Virus record (IMG/VR): IMGVR_UViG_3300008107_000141
Source: an uncultured virus (IMG/VR IMGVR_UViG_3300008107_000141)
Lineage: Duplodnaviria > Heunggongvirae > Uroviricota > Caudoviricetes
Reading direction: 5' to 3' (one strand)
DNA length: 20,000 bases
How positions within the stretch are numbered: position 1 is the stretch's first letter; each line of letters starts with the position of its first letter. The notes under the pieces are model-generated. The model had not been told where the DNA came from, ran no database searches, and worked only from the letters and a program-made list of their open reading frames with translations. The position numbers and the translations under genes are program-made. Positions 7,189 through 15,404 of the stretch are shown one piece after another.

Positions 7189-7638
7189 TCAACTACGATC
7201 TCCGTCCCATGTGCCTATTTTTGTGGTAGGGATATTATTTTCTTCCCATAGTTTTATTACATGTGGGTTGTCATCAACTGCATGTGTTACGTTCCATAGT
7301 TCATTTATTTTATCTAGTATGTCTTTTTTAACTTCATAGTCTGGTCTGTTGTCATTGTTTGCTCTCATAAACAGGGCATGGCTTCTTACATTGTTTTTTT
7401 GCAACCATAGAGATGTGATTCCACGATACTTTTCTTTTCTTGATGTAACAATGATGACTGAATATTTATCATTATAAGAATTGTTTAACATTTCAATTAC
7501 ATCAAAATTTGGCAGGGCATCAATGGAAGAATAGTGAAAAGCATCGTAATCTTTATTGCCACCACGAACATGGTGTAAAAATGGATCTACATTCGCAAGA
7601 GTTCCATCAACATCGTATATGTGTGCTAGTGGTTTCAC
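7189..7638 (-). CDS. HAD phosphatase (polynucleotide kinase 3'-phosphatase/PseT-like domain)
   Basis: DVDGTLA motif I, VTSR, LFMR...RPD..VK and AVDDNP. Confidence 0.85.
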   Translation of the reverse strand: MKPLAHIYDVDGTLANVDPFLHHVRGGNKDYDAFHYSSIDALPNFDVIEMLNNSYNDKYSVIIVTSRKEKYRGITSLWLQKNNVRSHALFMRANNDNRPDYEVKKDILDKINELWNVTHAVDDNPHVIKLWEENNIPTTKIGTWDGDRS

Positions 7639-7739
7639 TTATGTTCTTTCATATGTCTAGATAAAGACTCATTTGCCATAATTCCCCATCTCAGTTCCCA
7701 CTCTTTTTTGCAAATTGGGCATGTTATGTGTCTACTCAT
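7635..7739 (-). CDS. C2H2 zinc-finger-like microprotein, 34 aa
   Basis: MSRHITCPICKKEWELRWGIMANESLSRHMKEHK; TTGACA-17-TAAAAT-N6-ATG; GTGA overlap with the next gene. Confidence 0.7.
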   Translation of the reverse strand: MSRHITCPICKKEWELRWGIMANESLSRHMKEHK

Positions 7740-7797
7740 AATACAATTTTATCGCAAAATAGTAGTTTTGTCAAATTCTGCATGATATAATTACAGG

Positions 7798-8439
7798 ATG
7801 GATGCAGAAATTATTGATGATTTACTTTCTGAAAAAGAAATTTCAATATTTAATAATATAACAAAAGATCTTGAAGCACCAAAAGACGAATATGGAAATT
7901 TTATATTTGATGATCAAGATTCATATATTTCTGTTTCAAAATATCTTGGAAGAATACAATTTAATATCAATAATATTGGAGATTTATTTCCTGTTAAAAA
8001 CTTAGAACTTGCGGACAAATTACTGACTATAAGATTGACAAAACTTGCAAACTCTATCTCTGGTCTTGATCTGACGCTCTCTTCTATCACATATGTAGAA
8101 TATAGTTCTAGGTATGGAACACCAAGTCTGCCTCCGCATTATGATGGGGACAATAACGACTTAATAATTAACTATCAATTTGACTCAAACACAAGATGGG
8201 ATCTTGGTGTAAATTTTGAAACTTATGAAATTAAAAACAATTCTGCCTTAGTTTTTAATCCAAATAAAACTGCACACTGGCGACCTAACAAAATATTTAA
8301 TGATGGAGATTTTGTAAAAATGATTTTTTTTAGATTTGCAAAAAAAGAAAATCCTACTGACTATTCTGATTTACAAAAATTCTGGCCAAACGATGAAGTT
8401 TTTAAAAATATTTGTGAATTTAGAAATAGTCTTTCATAA
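7798..8439 (+). CDS. 2OG-Fe(II) oxygenase-like protein
   Basis: PSLPPHYD...HWRP...MIFFRF; TGA-TATAAT-N6-ATG leaderless start. Confidence 0.75.
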   Translation: MDAEIIDDLLSEKEISIFNNITKDLEAPKDEYGNFIFDDQDSYISVSKYLGRIQFNINNIGDLFPVKNLELADKLLTIRLTKLANSISGLDLTLSSITYVEYSSRYGTPSLPPHYDGDNNDLIINYQFDSNTRWDLGVNFETYEIKNNSALVFNPNKTAHWRPNKIFNDGDFVKMIFFRFAKKENPTDYSDLQKFWPNDEVFKNICEFRNSLS

Positions 8440-8443
8440 AAAC

Positions 8444-8533
8444 TTAGTTTTGATCAACTCCCCAAGTCATAACTAGGTAACAAACTATGTATCCAGCAAC
8501 AAATGCTGGAATTAAGAAAAATAAACTAATCAT
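8444..8533 (-). CDS. Small membrane peptide, 29 aa (MISLFFLIPAFVAGYIVCYLVMTWGVDQN)
   Basis: Hand translation; single hydrophobic helix directly after 8536-8787. Confidence 0.55.
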   Translation of the reverse strand: MISLFFLIPAFVAGYIVCYLVMTWGVDQN

Positions 8534-8535
8534 AA

Positions 8536-8787
8536 TTAATGCATTAACCTTTCTGTTTTATCTTTTTCTTTCCAATGAATAAAAGACTTAACTCCCACTA
8601 CCCCATACAGGATAGCACCAAGTATAAACCCATATTGCTTTGTAATTAGGGCATATGCAGTCCACATAAATTCATTAAATATGAACCAAAGCCAACCAAA
8701 TCTTTTTTTTCTGCCAATTACAAACATGGCAGCAGCACCACTTAAAACAAGCACCCATGATGCGTAGTTATTGACCCATTGCTCCAT
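8536..8787 (-). CDS. Small membrane protein, PnuC-like (3 TM)
   Basis: Three hydrophobic segments with GRKKRFGW...W..YA...QYG; leaderless promoter TTGACA-17-TATACT. Confidence 0.65.
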   Translation of the reverse strand: MEQWVNNYASWVLVLSGAAAMFVIGRKKRFGWLWFIFNEFMWTAYALITKQYGFILGAILYGVVGVKSFIHWKEKDKTERLMH

Positions 8788-8818
8788 ATTTCAAGTATAC
8801 CTTACTGTGATTGGTTTG

Positions 8819-9049
8819 TCAAACATCTCTACCCTTGGTTTTGAACCAAGAGCCGATAGTACCATTTAAAACTTTGTTTCTTAAAACTTCCGCAAATGTG
8901 CCATGAGGTATTTCAGAGCCAAGGTATTCTTGTCCTGTTTCAAGGTCTATTAGTTTCCATTTAGCAGGAGCCTTGGTGTGTATAATTAAATCAATAGGCT
9001 TATCGTATGAATCAACTTGCGATCCATCTTTCAGTATTCTTTTATTCAT
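8819..9049 (-). CDS. Hypothetical phage protein
   Basis: 76 aa, AAGGA SD, TKAPAKWKLIDLETGQEY. Confidence 0.7.
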   Translation of the reverse strand: MNKRILKDGSQVDSYDKPIDLIIHTKAPAKWKLIDLETGQEYLGSEIPHGTFAEVLRNKVLNGTIGSWFKTKGRDV

Positions 9050-9061
9050 TTTCTTCCTTTG

Positions 9062-9187
9062 TTAGGATACAAATTCTACGGAAAGATGATCGGCGCAGAC
9101 ATCGCCCACAATGTATTCGGCGTTTTTTAGCACAACATCGTAATACTGTGCTTCTTTATCGCAAAAATGGCACTTTGATTTTTCCAT
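9062..9187 (-). CDS. Zn-ribbon-like microprotein, 41 aa (CHFC...CADH)
   Basis: MEKSKCHFCDKEAQYYDVVLKNAEYIVGDVCADHLSVEFVS; TGA-TATAAT-N6-ATG. Confidence 0.7.
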   Translation of the reverse strand: MEKSKCHFCDKEAQYYDVVLKNAEYIVGDVCADHLSVEFVS

Positions 9188-9220
9188 ATCTAGATTATAT
9201 CATGCTTTAGGTTTTAAAAA

Positions 9221-9739
9221 TTATTTATTTACTACAAAATTACTGTCCAATACTTTTTCATGTGTTGGCCAATAATATTTGCATGGCAACTTACGCTCAG
9301 GACAGCAGGGGGAGTTAAAAAAACTACTAACATATGGCTGAAACCTTGCATAATAGAGAGGATCTTTGTTAAACAAACTAACTCTGTGCGTAGTAGTAAC
9401 TCTAGAAAGTTTCTCATCGTCAAACCAAAATGCTGGAGCATCGCTACCCCAATCATCCCAAGACTGGTCTTTGAGTCTGTTAAGGTTTGCCTCGTTGTTC
9501 TCTGTCTTGATACCACGAGACTTGGCTTCTACAATCATAGCCTGGACATACGCCCATAGACCACGCTCAAAGCCACGCCACATCAATACTGCTGGATGAT
9601 TACGCCATCCACCTGTGGGTGATTTGCCAGACAAGACATTAAGAATCTGGTAGCACTCTAGGATTTGCTTGTTAAGGCGCTTTGAGTCTAGTATTTGGGC
9701 AGACTGGGTAAAGTCTTGAGATGGTAGAAATGTTTGCAT
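9221..9739 (-). CDS. Pyrimidine dimer DNA glycosylase/endonuclease V-like (MSMEG_6728 family)
   Basis: MQTFLP...LDSKRLNKQILECYQIL...GWRNHPAVLMW...HR..L..K...Y.WP. Confidence 0.85.
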   Translation of the reverse strand: MQTFLPSQDFTQSAQILDSKRLNKQILECYQILNVLSGKSPTGGWRNHPAVLMWRGFERGLWAYVQAMIVEAKSRGIKTENNEANLNRLKDQSWDDWGSDAPAFWFDDEKLSRVTTTHRVSLFNKDPLYYARFQPYVSSFFNSPCCPERKLPCKYYWPTHEKVLDSNFVVNK

Positions 9740-9770
9740 ACTACTAGTATGACAGGTTTGTGACTATATG

Positions 9771-9866
9771 TCAAGCAAATATGGCTGCAATTATAGTTAC
9801 GGCAATAAATATTCCAAATAGGACTGTTAAAGCCCTTATGCTTTGTTTTATTTTTTGTTCATTCAT
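9771..9866 (-). CDS. Small membrane peptide, 31 aa (MNEQKIKQSIRALTVLFGIFIAVTIIAAIFA)
   Basis: Hand translation; TATAAT-N6-ATG. Confidence 0.55.
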   Translation of the reverse strand: MNEQKIKQSIRALTVLFGIFIAVTIIAAIFA

Positions 9867-9898
9867 ATATTAATTATACCCTATGATACAATAGATAA

Positions 9899-10525
9899 AT
9901 GACAGTATTTCAAGATCCAGTAGAAAAAGTAAAAATCATTGAAAATTTTATAAACACGGAAGAATCAAATAAAATAATTAATTATATGAATCGTAATATT
10001 GTCAATGCCGAACCATGGATGAGCGACGGATCAAGTCCAAACTTTGTTTATCTTGAAAATAGATTTTATAAAAGAAGGTTTGGACAAGATGATGAAATGA
10101 GATCATATAAACCAGAGAAAGCCATAACAAGGCTTGAGGATATAGAGAACTTGGTTAAAGATATAGTCGAAAAGGCAAAATTAAAAATACAAGAACTATA
10201 CAATGAAGAAACACAATACCTGACATCACTATGGCTTACAAAGCATTTAAAAGGTGATTGGATCAACATTCATTCTGATGTAGGCAGTGGATATCAGCAG
10301 CATTTTGCTTATAGTTGTATTTTATATCTTAATACAGTAATTGATGGAGGAGACTTATATTTTCCAACTTTTAATTTTTCTGTTAAACCAATTGTAGGCA
10401 ACTTAGTTATTTTCCCATCGCAGAATGTAGATATGGTTCATCAAGTAAACGCTACACAGGAAGAAAGGTATACTATTCCTATGTGGTTTACCAAAGACTC
10501 AACAAGAGAAGTTTTTTTTAAATAG
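9899..10525 (+). CDS. 2OG-Fe(II) oxygenase (P4H-like)
   Basis: IHSD, ILYLN..DGGDLYF, KP..G.LVIFPS, HQV and RYTIPMWFT; TGA-TACAAT-N6-ATG. Confidence 0.88.
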   Translation: MTVFQDPVEKVKIIENFINTEESNKIINYMNRNIVNAEPWMSDGSSPNFVYLENRFYKRRFGQDDEMRSYKPEKAITRLEDIENLVKDIVEKAKLKIQELYNEETQYLTSLWLTKHLKGDWINIHSDVGSGYQQHFAYSCILYLNTVIDGGDLYFPTFNFSVKPIVGNLVIFPSQNVDMVHQVNATQEERYTIPMWFTKDSTREVFFK

Positions 10526-10552
10526 AAGATTTTGGCGGGGTATAATAAAGAC

Positions 10553-10864
10553 ATGACCCTACTCTACATACTCTATAGTCCCATACATAAGGCCGTTAAG
10601 GTGGGTATATCAGATGTTTCAGGTAGAAGGTTTGCAAGCCATAGGACCAAGGGCTGGATATTAATTAAGTATTGGGCCTTTTCTCGGCGGGATCAAGCAA
10701 GAGCCGTAGAAACCTTAGTACTAAACACACTAAGAGATAGGTATGGACATTTCTTGGATAAAGACGATATGCCACAAGGTGGTTATACAGAAACATTTGA
10801 TGCTAGTAAGATAACTAGACGAGGTTTGATAAGGATAGTCAACAATGCTATTAAAAGTCAGTAA
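10553..10864 (+). CDS. GIY-YIG superfamily (T5orf172/MUG113-like) protein
   Basis: LYILY...VKVGIS...RR..H...E...GYTETF; start moved to ATG 10553, which lies 6 nt after TATAAT (10541-10546). Confidence 0.65.
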   Translation: MTLLYILYSPIHKAVKVGISDVSGRRFASHRTKGWILIKYWAFSRRDQARAVETLVLNTLRDRYGHFLDKDDMPQGGYTETFDASKITRRGLIRIVNNAIKSQ

Positions 10865-11432
10865 ACCCTGCTCTATTTAATATGTCCCAATATTGTTTAG
10901 CATACACGAATGCAGAATATACAATACGATCCTTACCTGTGACCTGTTTTACAGCATGACTATATTCTTCACTTGCTGGAAACACTATTAATGTTCCCTT
11001 TTTAGGTGCAAACTCAATAGGTTTGTGTTCAAATATTAACTCTCCACCTGTGTATCCATCATTTAAATATAGCACAACACCAAGGGTAATCCATCTAGAT
11101 TCGTAATCACATTCTGGGTGGTTTTCGTAGTGATACCCCAAAGCCAATGGAGATGAATCCGTAGGGCTATACTTTTGCAACATAGATATCTTTCTTAGTT
11201 TTTGATCTTTATTGTTGGTTACAATAGAAACCTTGTCCTCAACGAGTTTTTTAAATTTATTGATCGCCTCTTCTGACTCAAATATAGAAAATGATATCTT
11301 TTCATGATGATCTTGTCTTCTGAGAGTCCAAGATCCGACATTAGCAAGAACCTCTTCTATGTCAGGATCTGATATAAAATTTTCTATGTAAAAGATATTT
11401 TCTTCTAGGTAGACTTTGTTGAAATTTTCCAT
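10851..11432 (-). CDS. 2OG-Fe(II) oxygenase (P4H-like, HxE)
   Basis: YHYE, VLYLNDGYTGGEL, PKKGTLIVFP, HAV and R. Confidence 0.85.
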   Translation of the reverse strand: MENFNKVYLEENIFYIENFISDPDIEEVLANVGSWTLRRQDHHEKISFSIFESEEAINKFKKLVEDKVSIVTNNKDQKLRKISMLQKYSPTDSSPLALGYHYENHPECDYESRWITLGVVLYLNDGYTGGELIFEHKPIEFAPKKGTLIVFPASEEYSHAVKQVTGKDRIVYSAFVYAKQYWDILNRAGFTDF

Positions 11433-11479
11433 GTTGATTTAATTATACCATCATTTGGTCTGTATGGTAGACTATGATT

Positions 11480-11812
11480 ATGAAACGAAATAAACACCCC
11501 AACCAGCAATATAGCAAAGATGTTAGAACATGTTCTGGAAGTGCTAATGTTGGTGATGATGGTCAGGTAGTTCAGGTTGGTGGTGGTGGGCACACAGGAC
11601 AATGGGGTAAAATAGGATTTTGTCCATGTGGTAAATATGTTGCACATCAATCAAATAAGCCTTGTAATGTTATTGAGACTGCTAACGACAAGCAGTATTT
11701 GCCTAGGCCAGAAGATTGCACATGCAAAACAGAGCCATGCCCTTGCGGTCATTTTGTATCACATGGAGTTTTTGAGGCTTGTACTGCCCTTGTATCTGGG
11801 AGCAACAATTAA
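11480..11812 (+). CDS. Cys/His-rich hypothetical protein with duplicated CPCG-x-(Y/F)V-x-H motif
   Basis: TGG-TAGACT-N6-ATG at 11480; CPCGKYVAH...C and CPCGHFVSH...C. Confidence 0.6.
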   Translation: MKRNKHPNQQYSKDVRTCSGSANVGDDGQVVQVGGGGHTGQWGKIGFCPCGKYVAHQSNKPCNVIETANDKQYLPRPEDCTCKTEPCPCGHFVSHGVFEACTALVSGSNN

Positions 11813-12313
11813 AGCACCAAATCTTGGTCCTTCACCTTTTACTGCGTGAGTTATTTTTTTAGATACATATAGAAGATCGCCTGGATTTAGTGTTACTTCT
11901 ATTTCTCCTCCAAGTGTCCAAAAAGAATTGCCTAAAATTTGAATATATGCAGTATCGAATACATCTTTGTGAGCCTGCATGCCCTGATAATCTAAAGATA
12001 AAACAGGACCATCTAGATGCCATAAGCCAGAGCAGTTACAAAATCCTGAATACCAATCGTCGTTAAACGAACAATTTTCAAAAAACTCTGAGTTGGAGTC
12101 TTTATTTATATTTTCACAAAAAGTTTTGAGGTCTGGTATTTCTTTAAATATTTTACGGTTTTTAATCTTAAACCACAGAACGCCAGGGCTATGCTGAGAT
12201 TTGTCAGAATTTTTATACAAAAGAGTAAGTGCTGTCTCCCAATCTGTATTTATCTTAAAATAGTTTTTTACAAGTTTGTACGGAGATTCATTGAAAATTT
12301 CTAGTGTTGTCAT
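11759..12313 (-). CDS. Cupin/JmjC-like oxygenase
   Basis: AHKD..D..YIQ..G...W...LNPGDLLYV....HAV. Confidence 0.75.
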   Translation of the reverse strand: MTTLEIFNESPYKLVKNYFKINTDWETALTLLYKNSDKSQHSPGVLWFKIKNRKIFKEIPDLKTFCENINKDSNSEFFENCSFNDDWYSGFCNCSGLWHLDGPVLSLDYQGMQAHKDVFDTAYIQILGNSFWTLGGEIEVTLNPGDLLYVSKKITHAVKGEGPRFGALIVAPRYKGSTSLKNSM

Positions 12314-12434
12314 AATCTTTTTTCAACTCCTCAAGTATTTGTTTTGCCAAGATATGTGACTCTTTTTCTTTGTGCTTGGTCTTAAGATAGGGAGATATGA
12401 TCTTGGCTATCCTGTCTAGCATTTCTTGATCCAT
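12288..12434 (-). CDS. Small hypothetical protein, 48 aa (MDQEMLDRIAKIISPYLK...)
   Basis: Hand translation; upstream TGC-TATAAT. Confidence 0.55.
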   Translation of the reverse strand: MDQEMLDRIAKIISPYLKTKHKEKESHILAKQILEELKKDYDNTRNFQ

Positions 12435-12458
12435 ATACAAAAATATTATAGCACTGTA

Positions 12459-12578
12459 TTATTCTTCAAAAGAGGACTGTTGCTCGAACAGTTTGTCTTC
12501 GCAGTTCGGGCATAAAGTCTTGGTATCGTAATCTTTTTCAAATACGACTCCGCACTTGTAGCATAGTATTCTAATCAT
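12459..12578 (-). CDS. Zn-ribbon microprotein, 39 aa (CYKC...CPNC)
   Basis: MIRILCYKCGVVFEKDYDTKTLCPNCEDKLFEQQSSFEE; upstream TGA-TACAAT. Confidence 0.65.
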   Translation of the reverse strand: MIRILCYKCGVVFEKDYDTKTLCPNCEDKLFEQQSSFEE

Positions 12579-12599
12579 AATATAACCATTGTATCATAG

Positions 12600-12620
12600 T
12601 TATCCACAGGTTTATCCACA
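12600..12620 (+). promoter_or_regulatory. Tandem DnaA boxes
   Basis: TTATCCACA at 12600-12608 and 12612-12620. Confidence 0.75.
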
Positions 12621-12719
12621 GGTTTAAATTTCGGCGGTATGTAAAGTTCGGCGGAAAATAGAATAACAAACCTTCATATGCTCTATAAGAGCACTATCGG
12701 TTAGTATCGTCTATAGTGC

Positions 12720-13163
12720 CTATATCAGGGATAGGGGTTTGTTAAGGTCTAGGAGATGGCAGTTATCTATGGCCACCTCTATAAACCTTTCATTTCTGGT
12801 ATAGATGGTGTCCTTTATTACTATAGGGCATTTGGCCAATACACTGCCTTTTACCCAATAGGCATGAGTTCTCTCATGGTTTAGAATAAAGAATACGGTT
12901 TGGTCGGAATCTTTGACAAATTTAAGTTTACGGCCAGGAAAGTGTAAGGTTTTATATTGGAACATAGGGCCTTTCCAGTTATGCTTAACCTCAACTTCAA
13001 GTTCATAGTCTTTGTTGGTTTGAAGATGTTTGGCCAATAGGTCTATCCCGTAGTCATCTGAATTGATCCCCGCCGAAAATCCATTAGCCTCTAGATAATC
13101 TATTACAAGTATCTTGGCATCATCGTTATCGGCGTATAGTTTAGGACTGAATGGTTTGTTCAT
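12720..13163 (-). CDS. PD-(D/E)xK nuclease-fold hypothetical protein
   Basis: DDYGIDLL...ELEVEVK pattern; TTGACA-16-TATAAT-N6-ATG. Confidence 0.6.
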   Translation of the reverse strand: MNKPFSPKLYADNDDAKILVIDYLEANGFSAGINSDDYGIDLLAKHLQTNKDYELEVEVKHNWKGPMFQYKTLHFPGRKLKFVKDSDQTVFFILNHERTHAYWVKGSVLAKCPIVIKDTIYTRNERFIEVAIDNCHLLDLNKPLSLI

Positions 13164-13202
13164 CTATCAATTATATCTGGTTTGGATGGTTTGTCAAGTA
13201 TG

Positions 13203-13278
13203 TTATCCACAGGTTACTATACCATTAGTGCATAGATACAGTATCCCATTAGTGCAGTTATCCACAGGTTTATCCACA
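13203..13278 (+). promoter_or_regulatory. Three DnaA boxes
   Basis: TTATCCACA at 13203-13211, 13258-13266 and 13270-13278. Confidence 0.75.
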
Positions 13279-13646
13279 GAAAAATGTTACTGATGATATT
13301 ATTAGATAGGGTTAAAGTGGAGGATTGTGGAGGATAGTGGAGTAGGGAGCCCTTTACCACAAGGCGTTCGTAATGTCAAATCGAAAAACCTCCATATCCA
13401 AAAACCTTCAAACCTTTGTACCACATATGCCCGATATTGTCAAACCATCATATCCAGATATAAGGTTTGGGCATTATACATGCAAAATAGTGGTTTGTCA
13501 AGTGTCTTATATGCATGAAATTGCCCATAAAAATGTAGCCAAAATAGGGGAAAATTTGCCAGAATCGTAATGTTTTTTAACAAAACTTTATAAAATATAT
13601 AGGAAACCAGGAGAAATGGTTTGTTATTCTATAGGGGGTAGGATTG

Positions 13647-13877
13647 CTACTCTTTATCCCCCGCTTTTTCGAGCGGGATCGGATAAGGTGCGGGGCTGCC
13701 CGCTTGATCGGCGTTTTTGGCGGGGGATCTAAAGAAAGGAAAGAAACCCTTAAGAGTAACAATAGAATACAACATACCTGTTATAGTATTCATGTCTTCA
13801 GTGAATTGATCGTAATCTCTTTTAGAGTCATGCCTATGAGATCTCTGGCTATAAAGGTTTGCAAAGTGTCTTGGCAT
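13647..13877 (-). CDS. Hypothetical protein, 76 aa (MPRHFANLYSQ...)
   Basis: TATAAT (13884-13889)-N6-ATG supports a start at 13877. Confidence 0.5.
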   Translation of the reverse strand: MPRHFANLYSQRSHRHDSKRDYDQFTEDMNTITGMLYSIVTLKGFFPFFRSPAKNADQAGSPAPYPIPLEKAGDKE

Positions 13878-14050
13878 ATATAAATTATACACCTTGTTTG
13901 ACAAACCTGGATATCTGTGATACAAGGTTTGGTGATATAAAGGTTTGGATCGTAATGTTCAGCAGGGGGAAAGTTTTAGGGGTTCGTAATGTCTTTTCGT
14001 AATAAGGTTTGATGGTTTGACAAACAGATAAAAGTATGGCACGGGCGGTT

Positions 14051-14314
14051 TTACGCCTCTTCCTCCAGAAGATCGGTGATGTCTTCAAACCCTATATCCT
14101 CAATGCCTAGTCCCTCTAGCAATAAGAACCAGGACTCGTTGATATACTGCTCTAGTGTAGGAGTACTATTAATTATCCCCTCGGCAAATGCAAAAGCAAG
14201 CGGCAGCCCCAAGTCATTGTACTCAAAGAAATCTGATAACTCATCATCTGTTTTATAGTTTAACCAGAGTTGTCCCAATATAAGGGCCTTGTTCTCAAAA
14301 GTTGTTTCTGGCAT
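14051..14314 (-). CDS. Acidic hypothetical phage protein
   Basis: 87 aa, GGAGG SD, FFEYNDLGLPLA. Confidence 0.75.
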   Translation of the reverse strand: MPETTFENKALILGQLWLNYKTDDELSDFFEYNDLGLPLAFAFAEGIINSTPTLEQYINESWFLLLEGLGIEDIGFEDITDLLEEEA

Positions 14315-14501
14315 AGTTGGTGCCCTCCTTGGTTTCCTTGGCTGCTTCTGCTATTACCTGTAAACGATTATACACTACATAAGGCTGTGACTGTGCTAAG
14401 TATTGTCCCACTAGTTCTAAATCTACTCTGAGGTCAGAAATCTCATTGCCAAGTTTGTTAGCAATTTTTTCCTCCGCTGTTAGTATTCGTCTGATACGCA
14501 T
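14295..14501 (-). CDS. Hypothetical phage protein
   Basis: 68 aa, GGAGGAGG SD, upstream TGG-TACAAT. Confidence 0.75.
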   Translation of the reverse strand: MRIRRILTAEEKIANKLGNEISDLRVDLELVGQYLAQSQPYVVYNRLQVIAEAAKETKEGTNYARNNF

Positions 14502-14526
14502 AGTCCTCCTCCATTATCATTGTACC

Positions 14527-14568
14527 AAAAGTTGGTGGAAAGGGCAACCCCACGCTGCCCCCTCCACC
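14527..14568 (-). terminator. Intrinsic terminator
   Basis: GGTGGAGGGGGCAGC/GTTGCCCTTTCCACC stem followed by AACTTTT, downstream of the stop at 14589. Confidence 0.65.
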
Positions 14569-14588
14569 CAAGATCCAGGTGACCCAAC

Positions 14589-14948
14589 CTAGACCTTCGC
14601 AATTAAACCTGTGTGGTAGTGAATGAAGTCCTCAATATTGTGCCAGTCTTCACCGCTGCCTACTGTCATGTCAGTTAAATCAATTGTGATTGGGTGGTCC
14701 AGAAAGGCCTGGTCGCTAGGGTCCATTGCATAGATTCCGTAGCCAGTCTCTTCCAGGATTGAGTCTTGGATGATGTAACTGATTGCCATTCTTGTGGCAT
14801 ATGGGATATCTCCCATTTGCAGCCTAGGACGAGCATGCTGCAGCGCATGGGCCAGGACAGTGTACATGTTGTCCTCATCCCAGTGGCTGTACAACGCAAC
14901 TGCCAGGTCCTCTGATTGTTTAAAAACAAAGTTACAGCGGGCTCCCAT
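14589..14948 (-). CDS. Hypothetical phage protein (MGARCNFVFK...LYSHWD)
   Basis: Start placed at ATG 14948 after GAGG SD; TAATG coupling. Confidence 0.75.
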   Translation of the reverse strand: MGARCNFVFKQSEDLAVALYSHWDEDNMYTVLAHALQHARPRLQMGDIPYATRMAISYIIQDSILEETGYGIYAMDPSDQAFLDHPITIDLTDMTVGSGEDWHNIEDFIHYHTGLIAKV

Positions 14949-15040
14949 TATTTCTTTACCTCTCCTGTGTATCCAGTTAAGCCACCTGATAGTGCACCTA
15001 GGCACCAGATTACAAATAATACTCCTAGAATGATTTCCAT
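14948..15040 (-). CDS. Small membrane peptide, 30 aa (MEIILGVLFVIWCLGALSGG...)
   Basis: Hand translation; GAGGA SD; coupled to the next ATG. Confidence 0.55.
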   Translation of the reverse strand: MEIILGVLFVIWCLGALSGGLTGYTGEVKK

Positions 15041-15043
15041 TAA

Positions 15044-15370
15044 TTATTCCTCGTCACTAACAAACTCAATAACAATACGAGCAACTCTGCCGTCGTCATT
15101 GAATTCAGCATAAACAGGGTAGACGCCGTCGCCATAGCCTGTGTTGAATACTACTGACCTACCGTTGCCTAATACTCCAGCAGAACTATCGATAGTGGTG
15201 GCACTAGCACCTTGATAGGAGTATTGGCCTATCTTGCCTGCCAAGTCCCACTCCTCATCACGATTAGTTTTCCACTCATCAAGATAGCAGGGGTCACCTA
15301 CCATTGCTTGTCCGCTGTCGACACCGAAACTGCCGATTAGTTCTAGTTTATCCATATCTATTTTTGCCAT
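15044..15370 (-). CDS. DUF4241-like protein
   Basis: FGVDSGQAMVGDPCY and TGYGDGVYPV motifs; ATG 15370 with AGGAGA SD. Confidence 0.7.
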   Translation of the reverse strand: MAKIDMDKLELIGSFGVDSGQAMVGDPCYLDEWKTNRDEEWDLAGKIGQYSYQGASATTIDSSAGVLGNGRSVVFNTGYGDGVYPVYAEFNDDGRVARIVIEFVSDEE

Positions 15371-15404
15371 ATTATCTCCTTGGGTCGTTTGTTCAATTAT
15401 CTCA

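Noticed and set aside
1119..10269. Antisense/alternate-frame ORFs in the track (e.g. 1119, 1395, 2189, 3267, 3532, 4990, 5218, 5543, 6828, 9007, 9232, 9260, 9366, 10066)
   Set aside because: They overlap well-supported genes or tRNAs and lack motifs or start signals.
10553..10864. Intron or mobile homing endonuclease element
   Set aside because: The ORF is short and free-standing with its own promoter, with no interrupted host gene or visible intron core.
13327..14088. ORFs 13327, 13373, 13577 and 13885
   Set aside because: They lie in the repeat-rich region with no SD or leaderless promoter and no recognisable protein features.
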